A stretch of 64,000 nt of DNA from Candidatus Lustribacter sp. Its GTDB lineage: Bacteria; Vulcanimicrobiota; Vulcanimicrobiia; Vulcanimicrobiales; Vulcanimicrobiaceae. Each line of letters starts with the position of its first letter. The stretch's first letter is position 1. The stretch covers positions 3,008,001 to 3,072,000 of the forward strand of contig OZ255842.1 of assembly GCA_965277805.1 (NCBI GenBank), read 5' to 3'. This document shows, one piece after another, positions 27,657-37,664 of the stretch. The notes beneath the pieces were generated by a model that ran no database searches, was not told the origin of the DNA, and saw only the letters and a list, made by a program, of their open reading frames with translations. The translations under genes were made by a program, and so were the position numbers.

Positions 27657-27689
27657 CTACCCGGGTTCATAGCTGGCGAAACCGGGTAC
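27657..27689. promoter_or_regulatory. Palindromic bidirectional SigB/SigF-like promoter between ctaE and ctaC
   Basis: TACCCGGGTTC-N9-GAAACCGGGTA. Plus strand reads GTTC-N15-GGGTAC, minus strand GTTT-N16-GGGTAG; each is 9 nt from its start codon. Confidence 0.6.
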
Positions 27690-27698
27690 GGTCGTCTC

Positions 27699-28355
27699 GT
27701 GCACGGTCCGTCCTGGCCTGCGGTCAGCAGTACGCAGGCATCAGCGCTGGCGCAAGACTGGGTAATCTTCACCTGCGCGGCTCTGAGCCTGGCGATTTTG
27801 GTGTGGGCGCTCATTATCGTGGCTGCGATTCGCTTCCGCCGTACGGAGCGAAACCCCGAACCACGCTCGCAGCGTGCCAACAACGTGCCGCTGGAGATCG
27901 CATGGACGATCGTGCCGCTGCTGATCGTGGTCGGTCTCTTCATCTATACCTATCGCATCGAGGCCGGCGTCGAAGCGTTGGCCGCCGACGCACCGGTACG
28001 CGTGACCGTCAACGGTTTCCGCTGGGGCTGGACGTTTGCGTACGCCGGCGGACCGACGATCGACGGCACGTCGCTCCATCCGCCGCAAATGGTGTTGCCG
28101 GCCGGGCGCACTGCCGCGATCACCGTTACGTCGAGCGACGTCATCCACTCGTTTTGGGTCCCCGACATGCTCTTCAAGCGCGACGCCGTTCCGGGACGTG
28201 CAACGACGTTCGATCTCACGCCCACCACGCCCGGAACGTACCTCGGGCGGTGCGGAGAATTCTGCGGCCTCAATCATGCGTTGATGACGTTTTCGGTGCG
28301 GGTCGTTTCGCCGGCCGAGTACGAGCGCTGGCGCACCTCCGAGGCAACGCAGTGA
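27699..28355 (+). CDS. ctaC: Cytochrome c oxidase subunit II (CuA)
   Basis: LEIAWTIVP, DVIHSFW and CGEFCGLNHALM. Confidence 0.93.
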   Translation: MHGPSWPAVSSTQASALAQDWVIFTCAALSLAILVWALIIVAAIRFRRTERNPEPRSQRANNVPLEIAWTIVPLLIVVGLFIYTYRIEAGVEALAADAPVRVTVNGFRWGWTFAYAGGPTIDGTSLHPPQMVLPAGRTAAITVTSSDVIHSFWVPDMLFKRDAVPGRATTFDLTPTTPGTYLGRCGEFCGLNHALMTFSVRVVSPAEYERWRTSEATQ

Positions 28356-29959
28356 TCGCGCCGGCCGAGCGCCACGACATCCTCTCGTGGTTCACCGCTA
28401 CCGATCACAAACGCGTCGGCATCCTCTACATGGGCACGAGTTTGCTGTTCTTGCTGGTCGCAGGCTTGCTCGCGATGCTGATCCGCACGCAGCTCGCGCG
28501 CCCCGATGCGACCTTGCTCGGGCCCGAAGCGTACAATGCGGTGTTCACGCTGCACGGCACCGCGATGATCTTTCTCGTTATCGCGCCGTTCGGATTCGGG
28601 CTCGCGAACTATCTCATCCCGCTGCAAATCGGCGCGCCGGACATGGCCTTTCCGCGCCTCAACGCAACGTCGTTCTGGGTGTTTCTGTTCGGGGGATTGA
28701 CGGTGTTCGCCGGTGCGGCGGCAAACGACGGTGCGGCCGCCGCCGGTTGGACCGCGTATGCGCCGCTATCGGAGATTACGGTTTCGGCCGGCATAGGCCA
28801 GGACATGTGGATCATCGGCATCGCGATGGTGTCGGTCGCTTCGATCGCCGCCGCGGTGAATTTCGTGACGACGGCATTCGTGCTGCGCGCGCCGGGCATG
28901 ACGATGTGGCGGCTGCCGATCTTCACCTGGGAGATGATCGCCACGTCGCTGCTCGTCTTCATGGCATTTCCGTCGCTGACCGCAACGCTGCTGTTGCTGT
29001 TCGTCGACCGCCACTTCGGCGGCCACGCCTTCGACCCGGCCTACGGCGGCAGCCCGATCCTCTACCAGCATCTCTTCTGGTTCTTCGGCCATCCCGAAGT
29101 CTACGTCATGATCCTTCCCTACTTCGGCATCATGAGTGAAGTGATCGCCACGTTTTCCGGCCGGCCGATCTTCGGTTACACCGGCATGGTGCTGGCGGCC
29201 ATGGCGATCGCCGGGCTCTCGATGGGCGTCTGGGCGCATCACATGTTCACGACCGGCGCCGTCAACGATCCGTTCTTCAGCTTCGTCTCGTTCTTGATCG
29301 CGGTACCGACCGGAATCAAGTTCTTCAACTGGATTGCGACGATGTGGGGCGGTTCGATTCGCTACACGACCGCCATGTGGTACGCGCTCGGCTTTCTGAT
29401 GAACTTTTTGCTCGGCGGCGTAACCGGCGTGATGGTCGCCTCACCGCCGGTCGATTTCCAGGCCCGCGATTCGTACTTTCTGGTCGCGCACTTTCACTAT
29501 ACGCTCGGCGGCGGCAGTTTCTTCGCGCTCTTCGCCGCGCTCTTCTATTGGTGGCCGAAGGTGTACGGCTGGTTTCTCGACGAGCGGCTAGGCAAGATCG
29601 GCTTCGCGCTGACGTTCGCCGGCTTCAACCTGACGTTCTTGCCGATGTTCTTCATGGGCATCTTCGGCATGTCGCGGCGCGTGTTCACGTATCCCGATAC
29701 GGGCGCGCTGCCGGGGCTGAACTTGGTCGCGAGCTGCGGCGCCGCGTTGATGCTCGCCGGGGCGATCGTGTTCGTCGCAAACGTGATCGTCTCCGCACGG
29801 CGGCGCGTGCCGGCCGGTGACAACCCGTGGCAGGCGTATACGCTCGAATGGGCGACCACTTCGCCCCCGCCCGAACACAATTTCACGCAGCTGCCGCCGA
29901 TCCGTTCGTTCCGGCCGCTGTGGAACGTGGAACATCCGGAGGCCCCGCAAACGCCGTGA
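28352..29959 (+). CDS. ctaD: Cytochrome c oxidase subunit I (A1-type heme-copper oxidase)
   Basis: DHKRVG, DMAFPRLN, WFFGHPEVY, WAHHMF, PTGIK and VAHFHY; GTG 28352. Confidence 0.96.
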   Translation: MIAPAERHDILSWFTATDHKRVGILYMGTSLLFLLVAGLLAMLIRTQLARPDATLLGPEAYNAVFTLHGTAMIFLVIAPFGFGLANYLIPLQIGAPDMAFPRLNATSFWVFLFGGLTVFAGAAANDGAAAAGWTAYAPLSEITVSAGIGQDMWIIGIAMVSVASIAAAVNFVTTAFVLRAPGMTMWRLPIFTWEMIATSLLVFMAFPSLTATLLLLFVDRHFGGHAFDPAYGGSPILYQHLFWFFGHPEVYVMILPYFGIMSEVIATFSGRPIFGYTGMVLAAMAIAGLSMGVWAHHMFTTGAVNDPFFSFVSFLIAVPTGIKFFNWIATMWGGSIRYTTAMWYALGFLMNFLLGGVTGVMVASPPVDFQARDSYFLVAHFHYTLGGGSFFALFAALFYWWPKVYGWFLDERLGKIGFALTFAGFNLTFLPMFFMGIFGMSRRVFTYPDTGALPGLNLVASCGAALMLAGAIVFVANVIVSARRRVPAGDNPWQAYTLEWATTSPPPEHNFTQLPPIRSFRPLWNVEHPEAPQTP

Positions 29960-30333
29960 TGATCGCGCTGCGGCTCTTCCTTTCATCGGCCGCGTTCACT
30001 GCGGTCCTCGCGGTGTCGTACTGGCTCGTCGCGCACGATCCGGCCGGCACGGTGCTGCTCGCCTTCATGACGGCAGCTTTGCTCGTGATCGCGATCTACA
30101 TGATCGTTGCCGAGCGTAACGCCGGACTCTTTGCCGACGACGAAGACGCCACACCGTCCGGCGCGCGCGGCGAGCGCATCGGCACGTTCGTCCTGCACTC
30201 CCCGGCGCCGTTTTGGATCGGTCTCGCGCTGGCCGGTCTGCTGCTCGGCCTCGTCGTCGCGCCGGCGGCCGCCGGACTCGCCATCGTTGCGCTCTGTTTT
30301 CTCGGTGCGTTGATGATCGTGCGCAGCCGCTGA
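29959..30333 (+). CDS. ctaF: Cytochrome c oxidase subunit IV (actinobacterial CtaF-like)
   Basis: Small multi-TM protein with YW...DPAGTVLL and GERIGTF..HS, directly after ctaD. Confidence 0.7.
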   Translation: MIALRLFLSSAAFTAVLAVSYWLVAHDPAGTVLLAFMTAALLVIAIYMIVAERNAGLFADDEDATPSGARGERIGTFVLHSPAPFWIGLALAGLLLGLVVAPAAAGLAIVALCFLGALMIVRSR

Positions 30334-30334
30334 C

Positions 30335-30682
30335 TTAAAGCGACTCTACGTAGGCGGCGACGTCTTGGACGTCTTTTTGCGATAGCGGAGCGGGGTAGAG
30401 CTTCGGCATCGGCGGATCCGGCGCTTCGATCCAAGCGACCGTTTGATCGTAATTCTTGCGCTGTTTTTCCTTGACGAGCGACGGCCCGACCCCGGCGGCC
30501 GCGCCGTTCGCGGTGTGACAGACCGCGCAGTTCGCGCGAAAAACCTCCGCGCCGCGCGACTGGTCGCCGAGTGCGGCTCCCGCCGCCGGCGTGGATCCGG
30601 CAGCAGTTTGCGCGTCGCTGTGCGCGCACCCCGCCGCCAACGCAGCAACGAACACGGCGAGCGGTATGAACCGGCGAAACAT
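30335..30682 (-). CDS. Monoheme cytochrome c lipoprotein
   Basis: Lipobox LAAGC, CAVCH, GPSL and PPMP. Confidence 0.85.
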   Translation of the reverse strand: MFRRFIPLAVFVAALAAGCAHSDAQTAAGSTPAAGAALGDQSRGAEVFRANCAVCHTANGAAAGVGPSLVKEKQRKNYDQTVAWIEAPDPPMPKLYPAPLSQKDVQDVAAYVESL

Positions 30683-30739
30683 GCACGCTGATTACCCGCA
30701 ACACGACTCGTTACCCGTTTCGTGGGGTACATCACACAC

Positions 30740-31645
30740 GTGACGCCGCGCATCGGTCTCGATCTCTTCAAAGAAACGCTGGCCGCCTGGAACGCCGACA
30801 AGGCGCCGCGGCTGGCGGCAGCGATTGCGTACTCGACCATCTTTGCGATCGCGCCGCTCCTGATCATCACGATCGCGATCGTCGGGGCCGTGCTGGGCTT
30901 CACCGGAACCACCCATCCGCACACGGCCGTCGAGAATTCGCTGCTCGCGCAAATCTCGCGCGCCGCAGGGACGCAGGCAGCGCAGATGGTGCGCACGATG
31001 GTTGACGCCAGCTTCGGCCGCCCGCGGCAAAACGTGCTCGCGCAGGTGCTCGGCTGGATTGCGTTCGCCGCCGGTGCATCGGGGTTGTTCGCCTCGCTGC
31101 AGGATGCACTGAATACCGTCTGGGAAGCGAAGCCGCCGCCGGCGCATCAGAACATCCTGATCATGCTCCGCGACCGCGCGATGTCGCTCGTGATGCTGCT
31201 CGTCATCGGTTTTCTTCTGATGGCGTCGCTGCTGCTCAACGTCGCGATCGCCTTCGCCACGTCGCACCTCGCGAACGTCCTTCCGGCGGCGGGCGCGGGG
31301 CCGCTCGTGGCCGGCGTGAATTGGCTCGTCTCGATCGGCGTCATCACCGTGCTCTTCGCGTTGATCTTCCGCATTTTGCCCGATGTCGAGATTCGCTGGG
31401 GCGACGTCGCCGTCGGCGCGTTCATCACCGCCATCCTCTTCGTCGTGGGGCAAGCCCTGATCGGTCTGTACATCGGTCGCGCCGGCGTCGCATCGGCGTA
31501 CGGCGCCGCCGGGGCCTTGCTCGCCGTGCTGATCTGGATCTATTATTCGGCGGCGATCCTCTTACTCGGTGCCGAGTTCACCAAAATCTACGCACACCAC
31601 AGGCACACGGAGGGTAATGTCGTTACGCCGATGCAAGCCGCATAG
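30740..31645 (+). CDS. YihY/virulence factor BrkB family membrane protein
   Basis: LAAAIAYSTIFAIAP, LQDALNTVW and YGAAG...WIYYSA.ILLLGAE. Start GTG 30740 chosen from promoter spacing. Confidence 0.88.
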   Translation: MTPRIGLDLFKETLAAWNADKAPRLAAAIAYSTIFAIAPLLIITIAIVGAVLGFTGTTHPHTAVENSLLAQISRAAGTQAAQMVRTMVDASFGRPRQNVLAQVLGWIAFAAGASGLFASLQDALNTVWEAKPPPAHQNILIMLRDRAMSLVMLLVIGFLLMASLLLNVAIAFATSHLANVLPAAGAGPLVAGVNWLVSIGVITVLFALIFRILPDVEIRWGDVAVGAFITAILFVVGQALIGLYIGRAGVASAYGAAGALLAVLIWIYYSAAILLLGAEFTKIYAHHRHTEGNVVTPMQAA

Positions 31646-31673
31646 CGTGACCTACCGCGGGTATCTTCGGGCG

Positions 31674-31952
31674 ATGGATATGGCAATGCGTCTGCGGACG
31701 CGCGCCGTAGCGATCAAATTCGACAACATTAAAGCGACCTGGACCCTCGGCGAGCATCAGGTTCGCGCCAGCGAAACCGACGGCACCGCCGTTCGTTTTC
31801 AGCTCTACACCGTCGGCAAACGCGAGGCGCTGGTCGGCAGCTACTCGGGGACGATCGGATCCACACCGCAAGAGGTCGCCCAGTACTTGGTGTATTTCCT
31901 CGAAACGGGCAAGCCGTGGCACCAGGGACTTGCCAAAAAAGGACTCGCTTGA
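31674..31952 (+). CDS. Hypothetical protein (92 aa)
   Basis: Protein-like composition; GGGTAT-N9-ATG upstream; stop overlaps the next gene (TTGA). Confidence 0.6.
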   Translation: MDMAMRLRTRAVAIKFDNIKATWTLGEHQVRASETDGTAVRFQLYTVGKREALVGSYSGTIGSTPQEVAQYLVYFLETGKPWHQGLAKKGLA

Positions 31953-32383
31953 CCCCACTCGACTTGCGCACGCACCGGCCGCGGCCCGTGCGCGCGACGA
32001 TCCTCGGCTTCTACCTCGTACCGCGCACGATCGATAAACTGCGGGCTGAACTTCCGGGCGGCAACCTCGGCCCGTATGTGAACCACGCCACCGGTTTCTG
32101 CGCGTACGTCGTCCGCCGCATGGGTCTCGAGATGGACGACTTCCGCCAGGCCGTCGCGGACGCGCCCGATGAGGACGCCGTCGTTGCATGGCTCGCCGCG
32201 CGCGTCGATATTTCGCTCGCCCCGGCCGTAAATGCGAAACTGGAATCGTTTGTCGTCGAACGCATGTCGGCTGAAGATCAAGTCCTCGTGCGCGAGCGGC
32301 ATCCGGTGATGGCGGAGCGTCCCGACCTCTCGGTAATGCTCGATATCCTCGACGCCGACGATGAGGTGACGTTCGCCCAATGA
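31949..32383 (+). CDS. DUF5069 family protein
   Basis: LDLRTHRPR, PRTIDKLRA...GPY and terminal LDADDE. Confidence 0.7.
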   Translation: MTPLDLRTHRPRPVRATILGFYLVPRTIDKLRAELPGGNLGPYVNHATGFCAYVVRRMGLEMDDFRQAVADAPDEDAVVAWLAARVDISLAPAVNAKLESFVVERMSAEDQVLVRERHPVMAERPDLSVMLDILDADDEVTFAQ

Positions 32384-33183
32384 CGAACTCGACCGTGCTT
32401 CCGACCTACTTCATCCCACACGGCGGCGGACCGTGGCCGTTCATGCCCGAACGCGCGGCGGAGCTTGGTGATCTGACCGCATTTCTGCACGGCTTGCTGG
32501 CCGATGTGGGCACGACGCCGCGCGCGATCCTCGTGATCTCCGGGCACTGGGAAGAGCCGGTGCCGACGGTGACGTCGCGCAGCGACTACTCGATGCTCTA
32601 CGACTACTACGGCTTTCCCGAACACACGTACGCGCTGCAATATCCGGCGCCCGGTTCGCCCGAGGTCGCCGCGCGCGCGCTCGAAGCGCTCGCCGCGGCC
32701 GGCATTCCCACCGCGGCGGAACACACGCGCGGCTACGATCACGGCGTGTTCGTGCCGTTCATGCTGATCGATCCGGCAGCGACGATTCCGGTCGTGCCGC
32801 TCTCGCTCGTCCAAGGGCTCGATCCGGCGCAGCACATCGCGGTCGGCCGCGCGTTGGCGCCGCTGCGCCGCGAAGGCATCTTGATCGTCGGCAGCGGGAT
32901 GAGCTTTCACAACCTGCGCGCCCTCTACGCCGGCAGCGACGTCCTGACGCGCTCGCAACGTTTCGATGCGTGGCTCGACGACGCGGTCACCGGCGATCCG
33001 GCGCTGCGCGATCAGCGTTTAGCTGCGTGGGCCGCGGCGCCCGAAGCGCGCTTCGCCCATCCGCGCGAAGAGCATCTGCTGCCGCTGATGGTCGCCGCCG
33101 GCGCCGGCGAAGGCGAACCCGCGCGGCGCGTGTACAGCAACGCCATCATGGGTGCGGCCACATCGGGTTTCCGCTTCGGGTGA
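32380..33183 (+). CDS. DOPA 4,5-dioxygenase-like class III extradiol dioxygenase (YgiD/LigB family)
   Basis: PHGGGP, ISGHW, YDYYGFP, DHG, GSGMSFHNL and HPREEHLLPL. Confidence 0.9.
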   Translation: MTNSTVLPTYFIPHGGGPWPFMPERAAELGDLTAFLHGLLADVGTTPRAILVISGHWEEPVPTVTSRSDYSMLYDYYGFPEHTYALQYPAPGSPEVAARALEALAAAGIPTAAEHTRGYDHGVFVPFMLIDPAATIPVVPLSLVQGLDPAQHIAVGRALAPLRREGILIVGSGMSFHNLRALYAGSDVLTRSQRFDAWLDDAVTGDPALRDQRLAAWAAAPEARFAHPREEHLLPLMVAAGAGEGEPARRVYSNAIMGAATSGFRFG

Positions 33184-33193
33184 CGCGCGCCCG

Positions 33194-33736
33194 ATGACAT
33201 CGGTTCCCACCACCCGCGAAATCTTCTTCATGTTCTTGCGTATCACGCTGCTGGCGTTCGGCGGCGCGATGGGCTGGGTGCATAACGTCATGGTCGTTCG
33301 GCACAAGTGGATCACCGATCGCGAATTCGCCGAGACGCTCTCGCTCTGCCAGTTCTTGCCCGGGCCGAACATCACGAATTTCGCGATCGCGGTCGGCATG
33401 CGCTTTCGCGGCGTGCGCGGCGCATTGGCGGCAGTCATCGGATTGTGCGGGCCGCCGATGATCCTCCTGATCGGTGTGGGCGCGCTCTACGAGCGCATCA
33501 CCGGCATCGCGGCGATTCGGGGCGCGCTCAACGGCCTCTCCGCGGCGGCTGCCGGACTCTTCCTCTTGCTCGTCATCAACTTGCTACGCACCCTCGTCCG
33601 CACGCGACCGGCCGTCACGCTCCCGACGGCGGCGGTTTCGTGCGCGGCTGTCCTTAGCGGCGCACTTTCGATTCCGCTCGCGCTGCTCGCGCTCGGTCCG
33701 GTCAGCATTGCGATTGCCTGGTTTCGCCGCAAGTGA
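33194..33736 (+). CDS. chrA: Chromate transporter, short-chain subunit 1
   Basis: AFGG and CQFLPGPN. Confidence 0.85.
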   Translation: MTSVPTTREIFFMFLRITLLAFGGAMGWVHNVMVVRHKWITDREFAETLSLCQFLPGPNITNFAIAVGMRFRGVRGALAAVIGLCGPPMILLIGVGALYERITGIAAIRGALNGLSAAAAGLFLLLVINLLRTLVRTRPAVTLPTAAVSCAAVLSGALSIPLALLALGPVSIAIAWFRRK

Positions 33737-34278
33737 TGTATGCCGGGCACGCCGTTTGGCCCGCACTGGTGGCATTGTTCACGCGTGTCTCGACCCTGGC
33801 GCTGATCTCGTTCGGCGGCGTCAACACCGTTCTTCCGGCGCTGCACCATCAAGCCGTCAACGAGCAGCACTGGATGACCGACCGCGATTTCGTCAGCCTC
33901 TTCGCGCTCGCGTCGGTGTCGCCCGGACCCAACTTCATGGTCGTGACGCTGATCGGCTACAAGGCTGCCGGCGTGCTCGGCGCGCTGACGGCAACGTTCG
34001 CGCTGCTCGTCCCGACCTCGCTGCTGGTGTTTGCGCTCGTGAAGGTGTGGGACCGTTTCCAGACCGCGCCCTGGCGCGTCGCCATTCAAGAGGGCCTCTT
34101 GCCGGTTACGGTTGGTTTCGTCGGCGCGGCGTCCGTACTGCTCGTGCGCGCCGCCGACAACAACATCGCGGGTTACCTCATTACGGCGGCGGTCGTCGTG
34201 GTCGGCACGGTAACGCGCTGGAACCCGCTGTGGGTATTCGCCGTTTCGGCCGTGGTCGGCGCATTCGGCCTGGTGTAG
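33736..34278 (+). CDS. chrA: Chromate transporter, short-chain subunit 2
   Basis: SFGG, SPGPN and IGYKAAG. Confidence 0.85.
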   Translation: MYAGHAVWPALVALFTRVSTLALISFGGVNTVLPALHHQAVNEQHWMTDRDFVSLFALASVSPGPNFMVVTLIGYKAAGVLGALTATFALLVPTSLLVFALVKVWDRFQTAPWRVAIQEGLLPVTVGFVGAASVLLVRAADNNIAGYLITAAVVVVGTVTRWNPLWVFAVSAVVGAFGLV

Positions 34279-34312
34279 GATGAGCGCGGCGGGCCGCCAA
34301 TGGCGGCACGTC

Positions 34313-36414
34313 ATGACTCCGCGCTTCCGCGCCATCACGCTCGTCGCACTCATCGCCGGCATCATCGGCGCCGCTCCGCTCGCCGCACGCGATTCCTTTC
34401 TCTGGCTCGAGAGCGTCAACGGCGCGCGGGCAATGGCGTGGGTGAAAGCCGAGAATGCCAAGACGCTTGCCGTGTTGCAGCGCGACCCGCACTTCGCGCC
34501 GTTCCGGGCCACGGCGCTGGCGTTGACGCAATCGCAGACGCGCATTCCGGTGCCCGAAGTGATCGACGGGAACGTCTACAATTTCTGGCAGGACGCAAAT
34601 CACGTGCGCGGCATCTGGCGCATGACGACGATCGCCGGCTACGCGCAACACGCACCGCCGTGGAAAACCGTGCTCGACCTCGATGCGTTGGCGGCCGCCG
34701 AGGGCAAGAACTGGGTGTGGCAGGGTGATGATTGCGAATCGCCGAGCGGAACGCGCTGTCTGATCTCCCTCTCCGACGGCGGCGAGGACGCTTCCACAAT
34801 ACGCGAATTCGATCTGACGAGCGGCACCTTCGTCGACGGCGGTTTCGTTTTGCCGCGCGCGAAGCAAACGGCGGCGTGGGTCGACGACGACACGCTGCTC
34901 GTCGCGCGGCCATGGGAGCCCACCGACGTTACGGCGTCGGGCTACTCCTACATCGTCAAGACGCTCAAGCGCGGAGAGGCGCTCGCGGATGCGGTCGAAC
35001 TCGCGCGCGGCACGAAATCCGACGTCGATACGTCACCCGTCGAACTCCACGACGGCCAAGGGCATCGCATGCTGGCGGTCCGGCGCGCGGTCTCATTCTT
35101 CGAAAGCCGCACCTCGATCGTCACGCCGTCCGGACTGCGCCCGCTCGATCTGCCGCCGAAAAACCGACTGCGCGCGCTCGTCGCGGGGCGGCTGCTGATC
35201 TCGCTCGAGCAGCCGTGGCGCGTCGGAAACCGCACGATCCCGTCCGGCGATCTCGTCTCCGTCGATCTCGCCGCCGCGACGGCCGATCCCGCACACCTCG
35301 AGCCGTCGATCGTCTATGCGCCGGGTCCGCGCGAATCGTTCGAAGACGCCGGCCGCACGCGCGATCGGCTGATCGTCACGTCGTATGCGAACGTGCGCGG
35401 ACGGGTGGCCGTGTACGCACCGCTGCCGAACGGCGGCTGGTCGAAGCGCTCGCTCGCCGTGCCCGACTACTCAACGGTGCAGCTCACCGGGACGAACGAC
35501 CGCGGGAGCACGGCCTACGTCACCGTCACGAGCTTCCTGCGACCGACGACGCTTCTGCAGCTCGATACATTGAACGGCACGTCGCGCGTCGCGAAGGCAC
35601 GGCCGGCGCTCTTCGACGCCTCGCACGACGTCGTCGAACAAAACGAAGCGACGTCGAAGGACGGCACGCGCATCCCCTACTTCATCGTGCGTCCGAAGAA
35701 CCTCGCCTACGACGGCAACGCACCGGTGATCCTCTACGCCTACGGCGGTTTCGGCGTTTCGCAGACGCCGTTCTACAGCAGCATCTTCGGCCGCCTGTGG
35801 CTGACGCCCCGCGGCGTGTTCGTGCTGGCCAACATTCGCGGCGGCGGCGAGTTCGGTCCGGCCTGGCACGACGCCGGCCTCAAGACGCATCGCCAGCGCG
35901 TCTTCGACGACTTCGCCGCGGTCGCGCGCGATCTGATCGCGCGCAAGATTACGCGCCCGCAGCGCCTCGGCATCATGGGCGGCTCGAACGGCGGCTTACT
36001 GATGGGCGTCGAGTTCACGCAGCATCCGGAACTCTACGGCGCGGTCGACATTCAGGTGCCGCTGCTCGACATGCTGCGCTACGAGCAGATCGCCGCCGGC
36101 GCGTCGTGGGTCGGCGAGTACGGCAGCGTTTCGATTCCGAGCGAGCGCGCGTTCCTGGCCAAAATCTCGCCCTACAACAACATCAAGGCCGGGGTGCACT
36201 ACCCCGAACCGCTGATCTGGACGACGACGAAGGACGATCGGGTCGGCCCGCAACACGCGCGCAAGTTCGCAGCCAAACTGGAGGCCATGCACATCCCCTA
36301 CCTGTTCTACGAAGTCACCGAAGGCGGTCACGGCGCCGGCGCCAACGCGAAGGAGACGTCGCTCACGACTGCGCTCGAGTTTACGTATCTCACGCGCCGG
36401 CTCATGGAGGACAA

Positions 36415-36418
<4 letters not shown>
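34313..36418 (+). CDS. Prolyl oligopeptidase (S9A), secreted
   Basis: Signal peptide; YGGF, NIRGGGEFG, GGSNGG, DDRV and GGH. ATG 34280 is an alternative start. Confidence 0.92.
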
Positions 36419-37349
<931 letters not shown>

Positions 37350-37362
<13 letters not shown>

Positions 37363-37592
37363 CCCTCGACAGTTTTCGCATCGCGCATCTTCGCGCGGTC
37401 GGGATTGGAGCCGGCGTCGCGCAAACCTTGACGCTGGTGCAGCAAATCGTAGAACCGGTCGAGTTGGACGGTAATCTCCGACAGCCGAGCGCGCCCGGCC
37501 GCATCGAGCCCGCCGTCCTCACCGCGCTTCCACAACTCGTGCTCCTCGGCAACCAGCGCCTCAATCGACTGATGAATAGATGCGTCGTTCAT
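37350..37592 (-). CDS. DUF2630 family protein
   Basis: I..LVAEEHEL...LDRFYDLLHQR...R...VEGY pattern. Confidence 0.8.
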
Positions 37593-37635
37593 AATGGTCT
37601 CTTTCCCAATTATCGCGCGTCGGGCTTCCCTACCG

Positions 37636-37664
37636 TGTCATCCCGAGCTTGCCGACGGACCGCC
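37636..37664. repeat. REP-like element, single copy
   Basis: TGTCATCCCGAGCTTGCCGACGGACCGCC, near-identical to 63533-63560. Confidence 0.75.

Noticed and set aside
27521-28351. Apparent long N-terminal extension of CtaD (812-aa ORF)
   Set aside because: Overlaps ctaE and ctaC in other frames; homology begins at GTG 28352
34732-36414. Apparent fusion upstream of the UDP-glucuronate decarboxylase (876-aa ORF)
   Set aside because: Alternate frame of the prolyl oligopeptidase; the true start is GTG 36415 after GGAGG
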